Below are positions 29,172 to 37,548 of a DNA stretch of 64,000 nucleotides, piece by piece. The stretch's first letter is position 1. Each line of letters begins with the position of its first letter. Below the pieces are notes generated by a model. That model was not told the DNA's origin. It worked only from the letters and a program-made list of their open reading frames with translations, and did not search any database. The stretch comes from a virus (lineage: Duplodnaviria; Caudoviricetes), in the IMG/VR virus record IMGVR_UViG_2858943916_000002, positions 1-64,000 of that record. One strand, 5' to 3'. The position numbers were made by a program, and so were the translations under genes.

Positions 29172-30209
29172 GTGCCTAACGCCGAGCAAAACCAACGAAA
29201 TGAACAGGCCACATCAAGGCTAATTCGGATCCCAATAATCGTGGGGGGCTTGCTAATACTTGCCTACGGTATTTATTTTGGACTCATCCGGAAGCAGGGA
29301 ACAGGTGGCACCGATATCTGGGGTCAATTTGGCGATTTCTTGGGTGGACTGCTAAATCCGATCGTGGGTACCATCACCATCATCCTTCTCGTCCGCACTC
29401 TCATGGCCCAGTTAAATGCTGTCGACATGCAACGGGAAGAGTTAACACTGCAGCGGGATGAATTAAAGCTCCAACGTGCAGAAACCGCGAAATCTACGGA
29501 GGCATTAGCGGCGCAAAACAATGCAATCAAGATGCAGAGTTTTGAGCAGACTTTTTTCGCATGGCACGACAGTTATCGAACCTTAGTGACTAACCTCGCG
29601 GGGACTAATGCGCAACTCAGCGGAGCCCAGAGACTTCTGGAGTTATATCAGCCTTTCAAGTCCTCATCGGTCTGCAAGGTCGCCAAAGGCGCACTAACGG
29701 AATACGACTCCATCCCGCCGGCCACCTATCCTCAAGCGATCGAGAGCTATCTGACAGATGGGAATAGATTAGTCGTCGAGCGTTTCGAGCGGGCAATTAC
29801 TGCATACGAGACGATCTATAGAAACCACCACTCTGTTCTAGGCCCCATCTATCGAACGCTTTATCGACTGCTAGATTGGATAGACAGATCATCGATTTCG
29901 GACGAAGAAAAATGGCACTATGTGGCTATAGCGCGATCCCAGTTATCCTGGGGCGAAATGCTATTTCTAGCATTTAACGGACTAACTCCCAGAGGGCTAA
30001 ACTTTGTTCCTCTCATGAACAAGTACGCATTACTCGACAATCTTGAAGACCACACGGAAGACCTGGTCCTGGTAATGCGCAAAGCCTTTCTGAAAAAGCC
30101 GCCAGAGCTTCTTAATCCGCAAATCAATGCGTGGAGGTACGAGGACGGCGCCTTTCACTCGTCCGTCGCCAAATCGAAGTTGGGGATATTGACCGCAAGA
30201 GATATTTAA
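29172..30209 (+). CDS. membrane-anchored putative abortive-infection protein (putAbiC-like)
   Basis: TM + GQFGDFLGGLLNP, coiled coil, FEQTFF, YRTLYRLL..RSQLS.GE.LFL.FN..KYALLDNL. Confidence 0.8.
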   Translation: MPNAEQNQRNEQATSRLIRIPIIVGGLLILAYGIYFGLIRKQGTGGTDIWGQFGDFLGGLLNPIVGTITIILLVRTLMAQLNAVDMQREELTLQRDELKLQRAETAKSTEALAAQNNAIKMQSFEQTFFAWHDSYRTLVTNLAGTNAQLSGAQRLLELYQPFKSSSVCKVAKGALTEYDSIPPATYPQAIESYLTDGNRLVVERFERAITAYETIYRNHHSVLGPIYRTLYRLLDWIDRSSISDEEKWHYVAIARSQLSWGEMLFLAFNGLTPRGLNFVPLMNKYALLDNLEDHTEDLVLVMRKAFLKKPPELLNPQINAWRYEDGAFHSSVAKSKLGILTARDI

Positions 30210-30439
30210 GGCTTATCGAAATATGCCCGACATCTCCGGCATATAGCGAATAGCTCTATGGAATTTTCACATAGCGTGGGCTCAAACATTGAGGTTCACA
30301 TGCAGCTAGTCATGCGGCCCAGAAGGCCGCTCAATCGAATCTGGGCTGACGACTCACTTCGTTAGCCAGCTGCGACCTCGAAATTGCAACGACTTAGCTG
30401 TGACCGGCTTCCTTCTAACCAGGTTCTTCAAGAGGTTGT

Positions 30440-30688
30440 ATGAAACGAACCCATGCATCGAAACGCACCGACATTCAGATCCACGCCGATCAGGCACATC
30501 AGGGTCCGCTCTCCAACATTGCCTACGTCACATATGGGCAAACGGCAATACGCGGGGCGAATCTTTCGGCCAAAACCCTTAAGAGAATCCAGCCTTGGCT
30601 GGATCAAAATGAGATTCCTCACAAGCTCTCGGTCGACGGTGGCCAAACGTGGATCGAGAAGTTCGCCCCAGATTGGCACGTGCAATGA
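30440..30688 (+). CDS. hypothetical moron protein (82 aa)
   Basis: GAGG RBS; ends at a terminator. Confidence 0.55.
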   Translation: MKRTHASKRTDIQIHADQAHQGPLSNIAYVTYGQTAIRGANLSAKTLKRIQPWLDQNEIPHKLSVDGGQTWIEKFAPDWHVQ

Positions 30689-30716
30689 AAAACGCCCCGG
30701 TTTTTGGCCGGGGCGC
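30687..30716. terminator. intrinsic terminator between convergent morons
   Basis: AAAAA-CGCCCCGG-loop-CCGGGGCG. Confidence 0.75.
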
Positions 30717-30767
30717 TTCGTCAGATCGAACTTGCTACGAGTCTGGGCGAATTTTGCACAACTTGAT

Positions 30768-31415
30768 TCACAGAGTCAAGGGGGGGGCAAAGACAAAGAC
30801 GATATAGCCATATACTCCTAGCCCCGCCAACAAGAGCAGAAATAGGGGCACCCGACGCAATAGTGCTCTCCTCCGCTCTACCGTCTGCAGCCGAGAAAGC
30901 GCAATGCGACTGAGGCCGACTTGAGCAATTGCAAGTGCTACGAAAAGCCAAAACAACAATTTCGGCGTGCTCGGGTGGTCGGAGACCGCGAGCGCCGCGC
31001 AAACCGCCGCTGCGAAGAGGAAAATCGCCCCTTCCCAGTAATAGTCCGAATCCTTGAACATTGAGGCTTCCGCAGTCTTGCTGCGTAGCACCCCACGACC
31101 TGCCGCGAGCGCTGCGGCTGCTGATAGCCAGAACGATGCATAGCTGAAAACGCCTGCACGCTTATCGGCGTTCAACACGTACTCATAGTACGGCATTGTG
31201 TTCGTCGCCAGGACAGCGCAGATAGGTACGACACTAAGAAAAGCCAGCAGCAGGATCACCGGGACTTCCCGTGAATCAAGGTCGCCTGAACTACCCGACT
31301 TGGCCTTTCCCGGGTTACCCAGAGCTGCGTCTTGCAGATTGACCTTAGGCGCTTGTGGCGTCTGAAGCTGGTGCGCGTTCCGCGAAGCCTTTCTTCTCCT
31401 TTGCCTACGATTCAC
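30768..31415 (-). CDS. four-TM membrane protein
   Basis: four or five hydrophobic segments after a basic N-terminal tail; GGAG RBS with GTG start. Confidence 0.7.
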   Translation of the reverse strand: MNRRQRRRKASRNAHQLQTPQAPKVNLQDAALGNPGKAKSGSSGDLDSREVPVILLLAFLSVVPICAVLATNTMPYYEYVLNADKRAGVFSYASFWLSAAAALAAGRGVLRSKTAEASMFKDSDYYWEGAIFLFAAAVCAALAVSDHPSTPKLLFWLFVALAIAQVGLSRIALSRLQTVERRRALLRRVPLFLLLLAGLGVYGYIVFVFAPPLTL

Positions 31416-31468
31416 CGGCTGCTCCTACTTTCAATTTGGGAGCAAATTTTAGGAACCGTTGAGCGCTG

Positions 31469-32068
31469 TTAAACGGTCAAGTAAACGCTGGAACCAGCCT
31501 CTGTCTGGATGTCAATCGGAAACTCCGCGCAGACAATGCATGCCTCCCGCATTTGAGTATCCAGACGATGCAAGGCGGCTCGACGCTTCCCTTCTACCAG
31601 CACCCGGTACGCGCCTCCGGCACGCTGTATGGCCGAATAAGGCAAGTCGAAGCGATCCGACAGATCACGCAGGCGCGGCCGGCCACGCAGGATATTGGTG
31701 ACCAGCAGGTCGGTCAGTTCACGCTCACAACTGTCGGCGAGCCCCTCCGGGTTAAGCCATTCCGAGATCCGACGTGCGCTGGCCGCCCCCTCTTCACCGG
31801 TTCCATACTGCGCCCGCAGGATGTGGAAGCCCACGCTATCGCCCAGCGTCCGCTCCATCAGCTTGACGATGAACACGGCCTGCGCGTGCCACTCATGCGG
31901 CGTCAGTCCTGATAGGGCCTTGCGCTCGTACTCGACGTCGAACCGCTCGCGCAGGGCCTCGCAGACCAACTGCGTCGGGTTCTTCGGCTCGATGGGCATG
32001 GCCAGCATCAAGTAGGCCACGGCGATCGCGTGCTCGGGGCACGAAAACGTTCCGGCTTCACGCGGCAT
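31469..32068 (-). CDS. late antiterminator Q-like protein
   Basis: lambdoid position after replication genes; GL.P.E.HAQA; AAGGAG RBS. Confidence 0.6.
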   Translation of the reverse strand: MPREAGTFSCPEHAIAVAYLMLAMPIEPKNPTQLVCEALRERFDVEYERKALSGLTPHEWHAQAVFIVKLMERTLGDSVGFHILRAQYGTGEEGAASARRISEWLNPEGLADSCERELTDLLVTNILRGRPRLRDLSDRFDLPYSAIQRAGGAYRVLVEGKRRAALHRLDTQMREACIVCAEFPIDIQTEAGSSVYLTV

Positions 32069-32558
32069 TCTTTACTCCTTTCAAATTCTCCAGCTCACAG
32101 CCTGGCTGTATCGGGCGGGTATAGACAGCCAAGCTCGGCACGCCCGGCTCGTCGTCCGAAAAATTTGTCGCGTACGGGTACCATTCCTGTTTCCACACGA
32201 GGAGGAATATATGAACAACCAAGTTCAGCAGCAGTTTGGCTTTCGGGTTGAAGATGCAGTAGAAACACCCTATGGTTGGACGGCCGCGTATTGGATCACT
32301 CGGCCTGGTGGGGCAGACCACGTTCGAGTAGATGTGCCTACGGTATTTCCAACATCCAAGGAGGCCGAAGAGAGTGCGCTCATGCGAGCCGAGGATCATC
32401 TTGCAGATGACTATGGCGGCATACGAAAGATCCGAGTTCCGCCAGCTCAACTCATGAGTTTTGGACCAAACGGTAAACGCTAAATGGAGCGCTGTACGCC
32501 CCTTTGACTGGCCGTCCGTTTCAAGGTTTATCAGGAGCGCCTTGGCCATTGAGTTCAT
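32058..32558 (-). CDS. 166-aa coupled ORF antisense to the 32211-32483 moron
   Basis: ATGA overlap upstream; overlaps Q start downstream. Confidence 0.45.
   Translation of the reverse strand: MNSMAKALLINLETDGQSKGRTALHLAFTVWSKTHELSWRNSDLSYAAIVICKMILGSHERTLFGLLGCWKYRRHIYSNVVCPTRPSDPIRGRPTIGCFYCIFNPKAKLLLNLVVHIFLLVWKQEWYPYATNFSDDEPGVPSLAVYTRPIQPGCELENLKGVKNAA
32211..32483 (+). CDS. hypothetical moron protein (90 aa)
   Basis: strong GAGGAGG RBS; globular composition. Confidence 0.75.
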   Translation: MNNQVQQQFGFRVEDAVETPYGWTAAYWITRPGGADHVRVDVPTVFPTSKEAEESALMRAEDHLADDYGGIRKIRVPPAQLMSFGPNGKR

Positions 32559-33034
32559 GCCAGGTCACTCACCAAATCCACGGCCCTGAACCAACTGCCA
32601 AGGCCCGCACCGGCCGATGCTCCCGCCGTGTCTCCGCGCGGCTGCGCTGACGCGCATTCGTCGCCAAGCACCCGCAGCATCAACGCCCCCAATGCCTGCG
32701 CGGTCACATTCCCGCTGGCCGCTTCCGCGAAGTCCTTGCGGCTGTGCCGGCTCAGCCAGGGAATCACGCTGTCCGGCACAGGCTGGCCGGGCAGCGCCGC
32801 CTTCAGGCGCCCAGCCAGGATGAACAGGCTTCGACGGTTGTGCATGCGAGCGGTGATGCCTGCCTGCTCCGCGTAGGCCGTGCCGTGGTGCAGATGGCAG
32901 TACCAGTCGGACACGCCGGTCGTGGTGTCAGCGATAGACCCGGGCAGCATGCAGCCCCTGACGCAGCACATGCCGTAGCCCTGGACCGGATGCTGGTGGC
33001 GGGTCACCGCCGCGGATGCCTCGGCGTAGCTCAT
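32555..33034 (-). CDS. hypothetical phage protein with Cys/His cluster
   Basis: ATGA-coupled to O; CCVRGC..WYCHLH. Confidence 0.75.
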   Translation of the reverse strand: MSYAEASAAVTRHQHPVQGYGMCCVRGCMLPGSIADTTTGVSDWYCHLHHGTAYAEQAGITARMHNRRSLFILAGRLKAALPGQPVPDSVIPWLSRHSRKDFAEAASGNVTAQALGALMLRVLGDECASAQPRGDTAGASAGAGLGSWFRAVDLVSDLA

Positions 33035-34020
33035 GCGGTTCGCTCCTGCTCATCACGCCGGCGACGCAGCTCGGCGAAGATCCGATCGCGGTAGCTGGCG
33101 TAGGTCTCGCCGCCCCGAGCAAACATGCCCAGTTCACGCCCCACGCGGTCCGTCGCCGCATCGGACTTCCACCACTCGCCCCAGTCCTGGCCGGTCTCGG
33201 CACGAGGCCCCACCGCGTTCGGCACGACGGGAGCGCGAGCTGTTCGCACGCGGTTTCGCCAGGTCGCCAGCCAGTCGAGCTTGCAGCCCTTCGCTCCTGG
33301 CACGGCGGTCCAGTAGTCGCGGAATTCGTCGGCCAGTACGCGCACCTGCTCGGCGGACAGGTCGGGCCGCAGGTCGAGCGCCGCCTTGCCCCAGGACATC
33401 GGCAGAACCCAGTCTGCCGGCAGGCGAGATCCACGCTTCGTGGTGCTGACAGTGTTACGGCTTTTAGAGGTATTACCTACGAAGATAGGTATTACCTCTT
33501 TCTTATGTTTTATTTCTGTAGGGAAAACTGGTACTGCTTCGGGTTTACCCAGGTGTCCCAAATTTGGTACTGCTTCGGGGTAAGCGGTACCAGTTTTGGG
33601 ACTGCTTCCCTCAAAATCATCGGAAGCTATCCCAATTTCGGTACCGCTTAGCTGTCCCAAATCTGGTACTGCTTGGGCTTCGGAAGCTGTCCCGTTTTCG
33701 GTACCGCTTTGCTGATCCGAAGCTGTACCAGAATTGGTACCGCTTGCTGGTTCGCACAGCCGGAACACGACCACCGACTTAGTGGCCCCTGCCCGCTCGC
33801 CGCTATCGACCAGGAAACCTGCGTCGATCAGCCGGCGCAGATTGGCGAGCACCGTCTTGCGGTCTTGCCCAGTCTGCTGCGCGATCAGGGTGGTGGATGC
33901 AAATGCGCTCCACGGCGCTTGCTTGCCGTGCGCATAATGCGCCAGTGCCACCAGAATGAACTTGGCTGGGGAATGGCAAACAGGCTGGGCCAATGCCCAA
34001 GCGACAGCTTGAGCACTCAT
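33031..34020 (-). CDS. lambda O-like replication initiator (N-terminal wHTH)
   Basis: AVAWAL..AKFILVALA...IA.QTG....V...L..L; internal iterons. Confidence 0.88.
   Translation of the reverse strand: MSAQAVAWALAQPVCHSPAKFILVALAHYAHGKQAPWSAFASTTLIAQQTGQDRKTVLANLRRLIDAGFLVDSGERAGATKSVVVFRLCEPASGTNSGTASDQQSGTENGTASEAQAVPDLGQLSGTEIGIASDDFEGSSPKTGTAYPEAVPNLGHLGKPEAVPVFPTEIKHKKEVIPIFVGNTSKSRNTVSTTKRGSRLPADWVLPMSWGKAALDLRPDLSAEQVRVLADEFRDYWTAVPGAKGCKLDWLATWRNRVRTARAPVVPNAVGPRAETGQDWGEWWKSDAATDRVGRELGMFARGGETYASYRDRIFAELRRRRDEQERTA
33521..33745. repeat. replication origin iterons inside O
   Basis: six 21-bp copies of (G/A)T(C/A)CC-N5-GG(T/G)AC(T/C)GCTT at 33555, 33587, 33629, 33654, 33689 and 33725, plus a partial copy at 33521, beside an AT-rich tract. 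Confidence 0.9.
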
Positions 34021-34340
34021 CGTCGTCCCCCAGGGGCCACAACCCTACCCTGCTCTACTACCGGTGCAACTCGTCCAATTCGTCCAGTGGCATTGCATTC
34101 ACCACACATTAGCTTTTGAGGTTCACCAGAATACAACCATGCCAGGAATGGTTTGCGCACCAACTCATGGAATCGGTCGCGCGCCATTTGATCCAGGTCG
34201 AGCTCGGCGCGCGACTCCACACCGGATACGCGACGAATGAACGCAGCGGCCTCATCGGCGCAGTGAACGCCAGCAAAAACCCAGAACTTCGGATTTCGAC
34301 TCAGCCGGACGGCCAGCCAGCAAATCGAATTGGCCTTCAT
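34017..34340 (-). CDS. hypothetical phage protein upstream of O
   Basis: GVESRAELD..FHELVRKPF; ATGA-coupled to O. Confidence 0.8.
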   Translation of the reverse strand: MKANSICWLAVRLSRNPKFWVFAGVHCADEAAAFIRRVSGVESRAELDLDQMARDRFHELVRKPFLAWLYSGEPQKLMCGECNATGRIGRVAPVVEQGRVVAPGGRR

Positions 34341-37300
34341 TCGATATGCTCGAGTAAATCCCCTGCGGCAACACCCCGCTCCTCCGGCCCCTTACGGCAT
34401 ACACTGTTGGCTCTCACTCTGAACAGACGGGAGACGACCGACCATGAAGAAGTTAATAGTTGCGCTGAGGTATGAGCCATCCGTTGCGTTGCTCTTCGGG
34501 ACGGCTGGCGTTGAATACCGCACAGATGGCGTTGTGGCTCCCGATGGGACGCAACTACCGGTGTGCCTATTACTCGTGGCATGCTCATCGGTTTCAGCCA
34601 CGGACCATGGCCTTGTACGACTGGAAATTCGCCCAAGAGAGGGCGACCGAGCGCTTCCGTTCTCAGCGGTCTCAGTCCCAGCAGCACTCCTTGCCTGGAG
34701 CATTGATTCAGGAAACGAGCGAGACTTCCCCGTGGGATTCCTACGTACCCAGGTCTAAGGCCGCGCATTGGCGTTGGGTGCAAGAGAACTTGATGCCGTA
34801 ACAGATACCCGCTACTCTTGATAGTTACTTTTCTGTTACATCCAAGCGGAGTTGAAAGTGAATCAAGAGCAACACGAACTACTTGTCCAAGCTCATCAGC
34901 AAATGCTGAACCTTGCTCAAATAAACGAGGTGCAAATGAAGTTGAGCATGTCGATGCGAGAAGATCTGATGGCGGCGCAAATTGCCCTGCGCGCAGTGTG
35001 CGAAGTTCTTTCTCCCGAGGGAAAACGGCTTGCGGCTGAGCACATCCGGGAATTCGGGGAAGAGTTTCGGGATCGATTTGCAAAGGACCACCCAGACCGG
35101 GCGATTGACGGGTTCTCAATTGCAATAAATGCCTATATAGAAGGCTTGGGAGCCGCCCCCATCGCCGAGGGTGTGAAGTAGGACGCACGACAAAAGCGAT
35201 TCGCCCATTCGCGCCTGCCAATCGCTGTTCAACTAGGAGATCGATTTGGATAACCCCGTCTATCGCTCCGCGATGGAAGGCCTGCAGGAAATGTATGGGC
35301 CTTTGTCTGGATGGCAAAGCAACGTAGGCGTTCGCACCAACACTTCGCCGAAGGGAAAAATCACCCTTTATCACGATCGAATCGCTTCCGGAAATAAGGC
35401 CGAGCTCGCGGTCGATCCTGAATCGATGGCCCGAGCGACCGGGCAAGGCGAAGACCAAGCCGAAGCTTTCATAAAACAACTGTCGCAGTTGACGGGGCGC
35501 GCCACCCTGACCCATGCAAGGTACAAATGGCCGCGGATCGGCTTGGCTGTGGACTCCGACGTGGAAGCAGTTTTGGAAGCTCTGCAAACTCTGTTCAATG
35601 AGGTGGCCTCGGACGCCCTCTCTTCGGATCCGTCGCCCAGCTACTGGTGGGTGAGCCACAACCAAATGCATCGCCGAGAGCTCAGCGGCGGCTACATCTG
35701 GTGTCCCCAGACCAAGAAAGGCGGCGGGGCGAGAGAAACCTGGACGAACGTATCTCGCGTGCGACGGGGAGACATCGTCTTTTCCTACGCAAAAACGAAG
35801 CTCCAAGCTGTTGGCGTTGCGCTTGGCGATGCACAGGAGGCAAGTGCTCCCAGCGAGGCGTATCACTCGTGGAACGATGCTGGATGGCGCGTGACAATCC
35901 AGTGGGAATCCCTTGGATCCCCGTTGTCTCCCAAAGAGCATTGGGACGAAATCGGCGACCTTTTCCCTGCTGTCCATTCGCCACTGCGCGAGGATGGCGG
36001 CGGAAACATGACATACCTGGCGGCGTTGAGCGTGCCTCTGGGTTTGAAGCTGCTGGACCTGATCGGCATGACGGACGACGACGCCCTCGCGAACGTTGAT
36101 CGGGAGATGGTCAAGGTGTCTGGCGTCGATAAGACCGAGGTTGAGCGGGTCTACCAAGCGCGTATAGGCCAAGGCACATATAGAAAGAACGTCATGTCCG
36201 TCGAACGCTACTGCCGCGTAACGGGTGTCAGCAATGTGGATCTGCTCATCGCGAGCCACATCAGGCCGTGGCGTCAAAGCTCGAACCAACAACGCCTCGA
36301 CGGCAACAATGGCCTGCTTCTCTCGCCTCACGTCGATAAGTTGTTCGACTCGGCCTGGATATCGTTTTCCGATCAGGGAGAGATCCTGGTTGCCAGCGGA
36401 GAGGTCAGAGAGGTGCTCATCGCCTGGGGCATTGACCCAGACATGAACGTAGGGCAATTCAATGAGGACCAAGAAAAATACTTGGCCTACCATCGAGACG
36501 TCCTTTTCTCGGAAAAGGCTAAGCAACCAGAAGAATGAGCGATCGGCCTCAATCGCAATCAGAAGAATCCACAAAGCACCTTGGATTGAACCTGGCTGAG
36601 TTCGTACGTAATCCCACCAACCTTCACTAGACTCCCTGCAGGGAGCTTCCACATACGCAGCGATTAATCGGGAGATTTGGTCAGAATGGCCCTCTACTTT
36701 TTGAGCTACGACTTGCGCAAATCCCGCAACTACCAACCGCTGTACGATGAACTGGCAAAGCTCGATGCCACTCGGGTCCTGGAATCCCTTTGGGCGTTCA
36801 AACTCGCCGACACCAATTGCACATACGTTCGGGACTATTTCCGTCAATTTATCGATGCAGACGATGGGTTGATCGTGACCCAAGCTGTCGACTGGGCAAC
36901 TTGGAACACGGATAAAGCCCCACCCAACACATAAGTCACGCCGTGCAGGAGGTAGCACCGCGCCCTCCTCCTGCCGGTCTAACGCCCGCGCCGCCTGTTC
37001 TAGATCAAGATGCGCATACTCAACTGGCGCCAATTTGACTTGGTCGGACACGTCGGGACGAATCCGCAACCTAGAATTGCCAACCAATTTGGCGGCCAGT
37101 TCCAGCCATATATGATCGGGATTCCCCAACCCCAACCATATGTGGAAGGAACTGACCATGGACCCGCAAGTAAGAGGACAATTGGCGACAATCACCTTCG
37201 CGCTTGGCAAACTCATCCGCTCGACCAGCCGTACCGCCGAACAGAGGCAAGACGAGGTGGAGCGGCTGCGGAGCTGGGCGGACCACCAGCTCAAAGAGGC

Positions 37301-37396
37301 ATATCGCGCGGGCGCAGATTCTGCCGGCCTCACGCCGGAGCAACAAGCCTTCCTGTCAGGAGTCCACGACACCGTAGACCAGTTGGCATGGCTCAT
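34337..37396 (-). CDS. 1019-aa ORF antisense to the defence island, ATGA-coupled at both ends; function unknown
   Basis: stop-free in the ORF track; junctions checked by hand; composition resembles antisense translation. Confidence 0.4.
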   Translation of the reverse strand: MSHANWSTVSWTPDRKACCSGVRPAESAPARYASLSWWSAQLRSRSTSSCLCSAVRLVERMSLPSAKVIVANCPLTCGSMVSSFHIWLGLGNPDHIWLELAAKLVGNSRLRIRPDVSDQVKLAPVEYAHLDLEQAARALDRQEEGAVLPPARRDLCVGWGFIRVPSCPVDSLGHDQPIVCIDKLTEIVPNVCAIGVGEFERPKGFQDPSGIELCQFIVQRLVVAGFAQVVAQKVEGHSDQISRLIAAYVEAPCRESSEGWWDYVRTQPGSIQGALWILLIAIEADRSFFWLLSLFREKDVSMVGQVFFLVLIELPYVHVWVNAPGDEHLSDLSAGNQDLSLIGKRYPGRVEQLIDVRREKQAIVAVEALLVRALTPRPDVARDEQIHIADTRYAAVAFDGHDVLSICALAYTRLVDPLNLGLIDARHLDHLPINVREGVVVRHADQVQQLQTQRHAQRRQVCHVSAAILAQWRMDSREKVADFVPMLFGRQRGSKGFPLDCHAPSSIVPRVIRLAGSTCLLCIAKRNANSLELRFCVGKDDVSPSHARYVRPGFSRPAAFLGLGTPDVAAAELSAMHLVVAHPPVAGRRIRREGVRGHLIEQSLQSFQNCFHVGVHSQADPRPFVPCMGQGGAPRQLRQLFYESFGLVFALPGRSGHRFRIDRELGLISGSDSIVIKGDFSLRRSVGANAYVALPSRQRPIHFLQAFHRGAIDGVIQIDLLVEQRLAGANGRIAFVVRPTSHPRRWGRLPSLLYRHLLQLRTRQSPGLGGPLQIDPETLPRIPGCAQPQAVFPREKELRTLRAGQFAPPSDLLASTCSTSFAPRLFEQGSAFADELGQVVRVALDSLSTPLGCNRKVTIKSSGYLLRHQVLLHPTPMRGLRPGYVGIPRGSLARFLNQCSRQGVLLGLRPLRTEALGRPLLGEFPVVQGHGPWLKPMSMPRVIGTPVVASHREPQRHLCGIQRQPSRRATQRMAHTSAQLLTSSWSVVSRLFRVRANSVCRKGPEERGVAAGDLLEHIE
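34444..34758 (+). CDS. hypothetical island protein (104 aa)
   Basis: GGGAG RBS; beta-rich composition. Confidence 0.7.
   Translation: MKKLIVALRYEPSVALLFGTAGVEYRTDGVVAPDGTQLPVCLLLVACSSVSATDHGLVRLEIRPREGDRALPFSAVSVPAALLAWSIDSGNERDFPVGFLRTQV
34852..35181 (+). CDS. hypothetical helical island protein (109 aa)
   Basis: GGAG RBS; amphipathic helices. Confidence 0.7.
   Translation: MKVNQEQHELLVQAHQQMLNLAQINEVQMKLSMSMREDLMAAQIALRAVCEVLSPEGKRLAAEHIREFGEEFRDRFAKDHPDRAIDGFSIAINAYIEGLGAAPIAEGVK
35246..36538 (+). CDS. EVE/PUA-like + HNH endonuclease (putative modification-dependent restriction)
   Basis: YWWV.HNQ...ELSGGYIWCPQ..RRGDIVFSY; RIGQG.YRK..CRVTG..LIASHIRPW..LDG.NGLLLSPHVDKLFD. Confidence 0.9.
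   Translation: MDNPVYRSAMEGLQEMYGPLSGWQSNVGVRTNTSPKGKITLYHDRIASGNKAELAVDPESMARATGQGEDQAEAFIKQLSQLTGRATLTHARYKWPRIGLAVDSDVEAVLEALQTLFNEVASDALSSDPSPSYWWVSHNQMHRRELSGGYIWCPQTKKGGGARETWTNVSRVRRGDIVFSYAKTKLQAVGVALGDAQEASAPSEAYHSWNDAGWRVTIQWESLGSPLSPKEHWDEIGDLFPAVHSPLREDGGGNMTYLAALSVPLGLKLLDLIGMTDDDALANVDREMVKVSGVDKTEVERVYQARIGQGTYRKNVMSVERYCRVTGVSNVDLLIASHIRPWRQSSNQQRLDGNNGLLLSPHVDKLFDSAWISFSDQGEILVASGEVREVLIAWGIDPDMNVGQFNEDQEKYLAYHRDVLFSEKAKQPEE
36686..36934 (+). CDS. stand-alone Cas2/VapD-like small protein
   Basis: YFLSYDL...Y..LY..L..L....LES.W..RD.....ID.DD.LIV. Confidence 0.7.
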   Translation: MALYFLSYDLRKSRNYQPLYDELAKLDATRVLESLWAFKLADTNCTYVRDYFRQFIDADDGLIVTQAVDWATWNTDKAPPNT

Positions 37397-37478
37397 CGAC
37401 TCCCCCGTTTACCCTCAGGGCCAAACGAGCGGTACATCCGCTCCGCGCAACGACGATCCCAGTCCTCCTGATCTCTGA
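37158..37478 (+). CDS. hypothetical helical island protein (106 aa)
   Basis: AAGGA RBS; helical composition. Confidence 0.7.
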   Translation: MDPQVRGQLATITFALGKLIRSTSRTAEQRQDEVERLRSWADHQLKEAYRAGADSAGLTPEQQAFLSGVHDTVDQLAWLIDSPVYPQGQTSGTSAPRNDDPSPPDL

Positions 37479-37548
37479 CGTCGCGGGTGTATCGGCGCAG
37501 CGCGGGCGTAATTAACCAGAGCAAGGCGCGGGCATACAGTTCACGCAT
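37393..37548 (-). CDS. 51-aa coupled ORF (MRELYARALLWLITPALRR...)
   Basis: hand-translated; ATGCGTGA overlap upstream, ATGA overlap downstream. Confidence 0.55.
   Translation of the reverse strand: MRELYARALLWLITPALRRYTRDVRDQEDWDRRCAERMYRSFGPEGKRGSR

Noticed and set aside
29324-30127. Antisense cover ORF over the putAbiC moron
   Set aside because: Only two short disconnected minus ORFs (68 and 69 aa), so no relay exists here
37010-37471. 153-aa plus-strand ORF
   Set aside because: Overlaps the better-supported 37158-37478 gene in another frame, and its C-terminal part reads as junk
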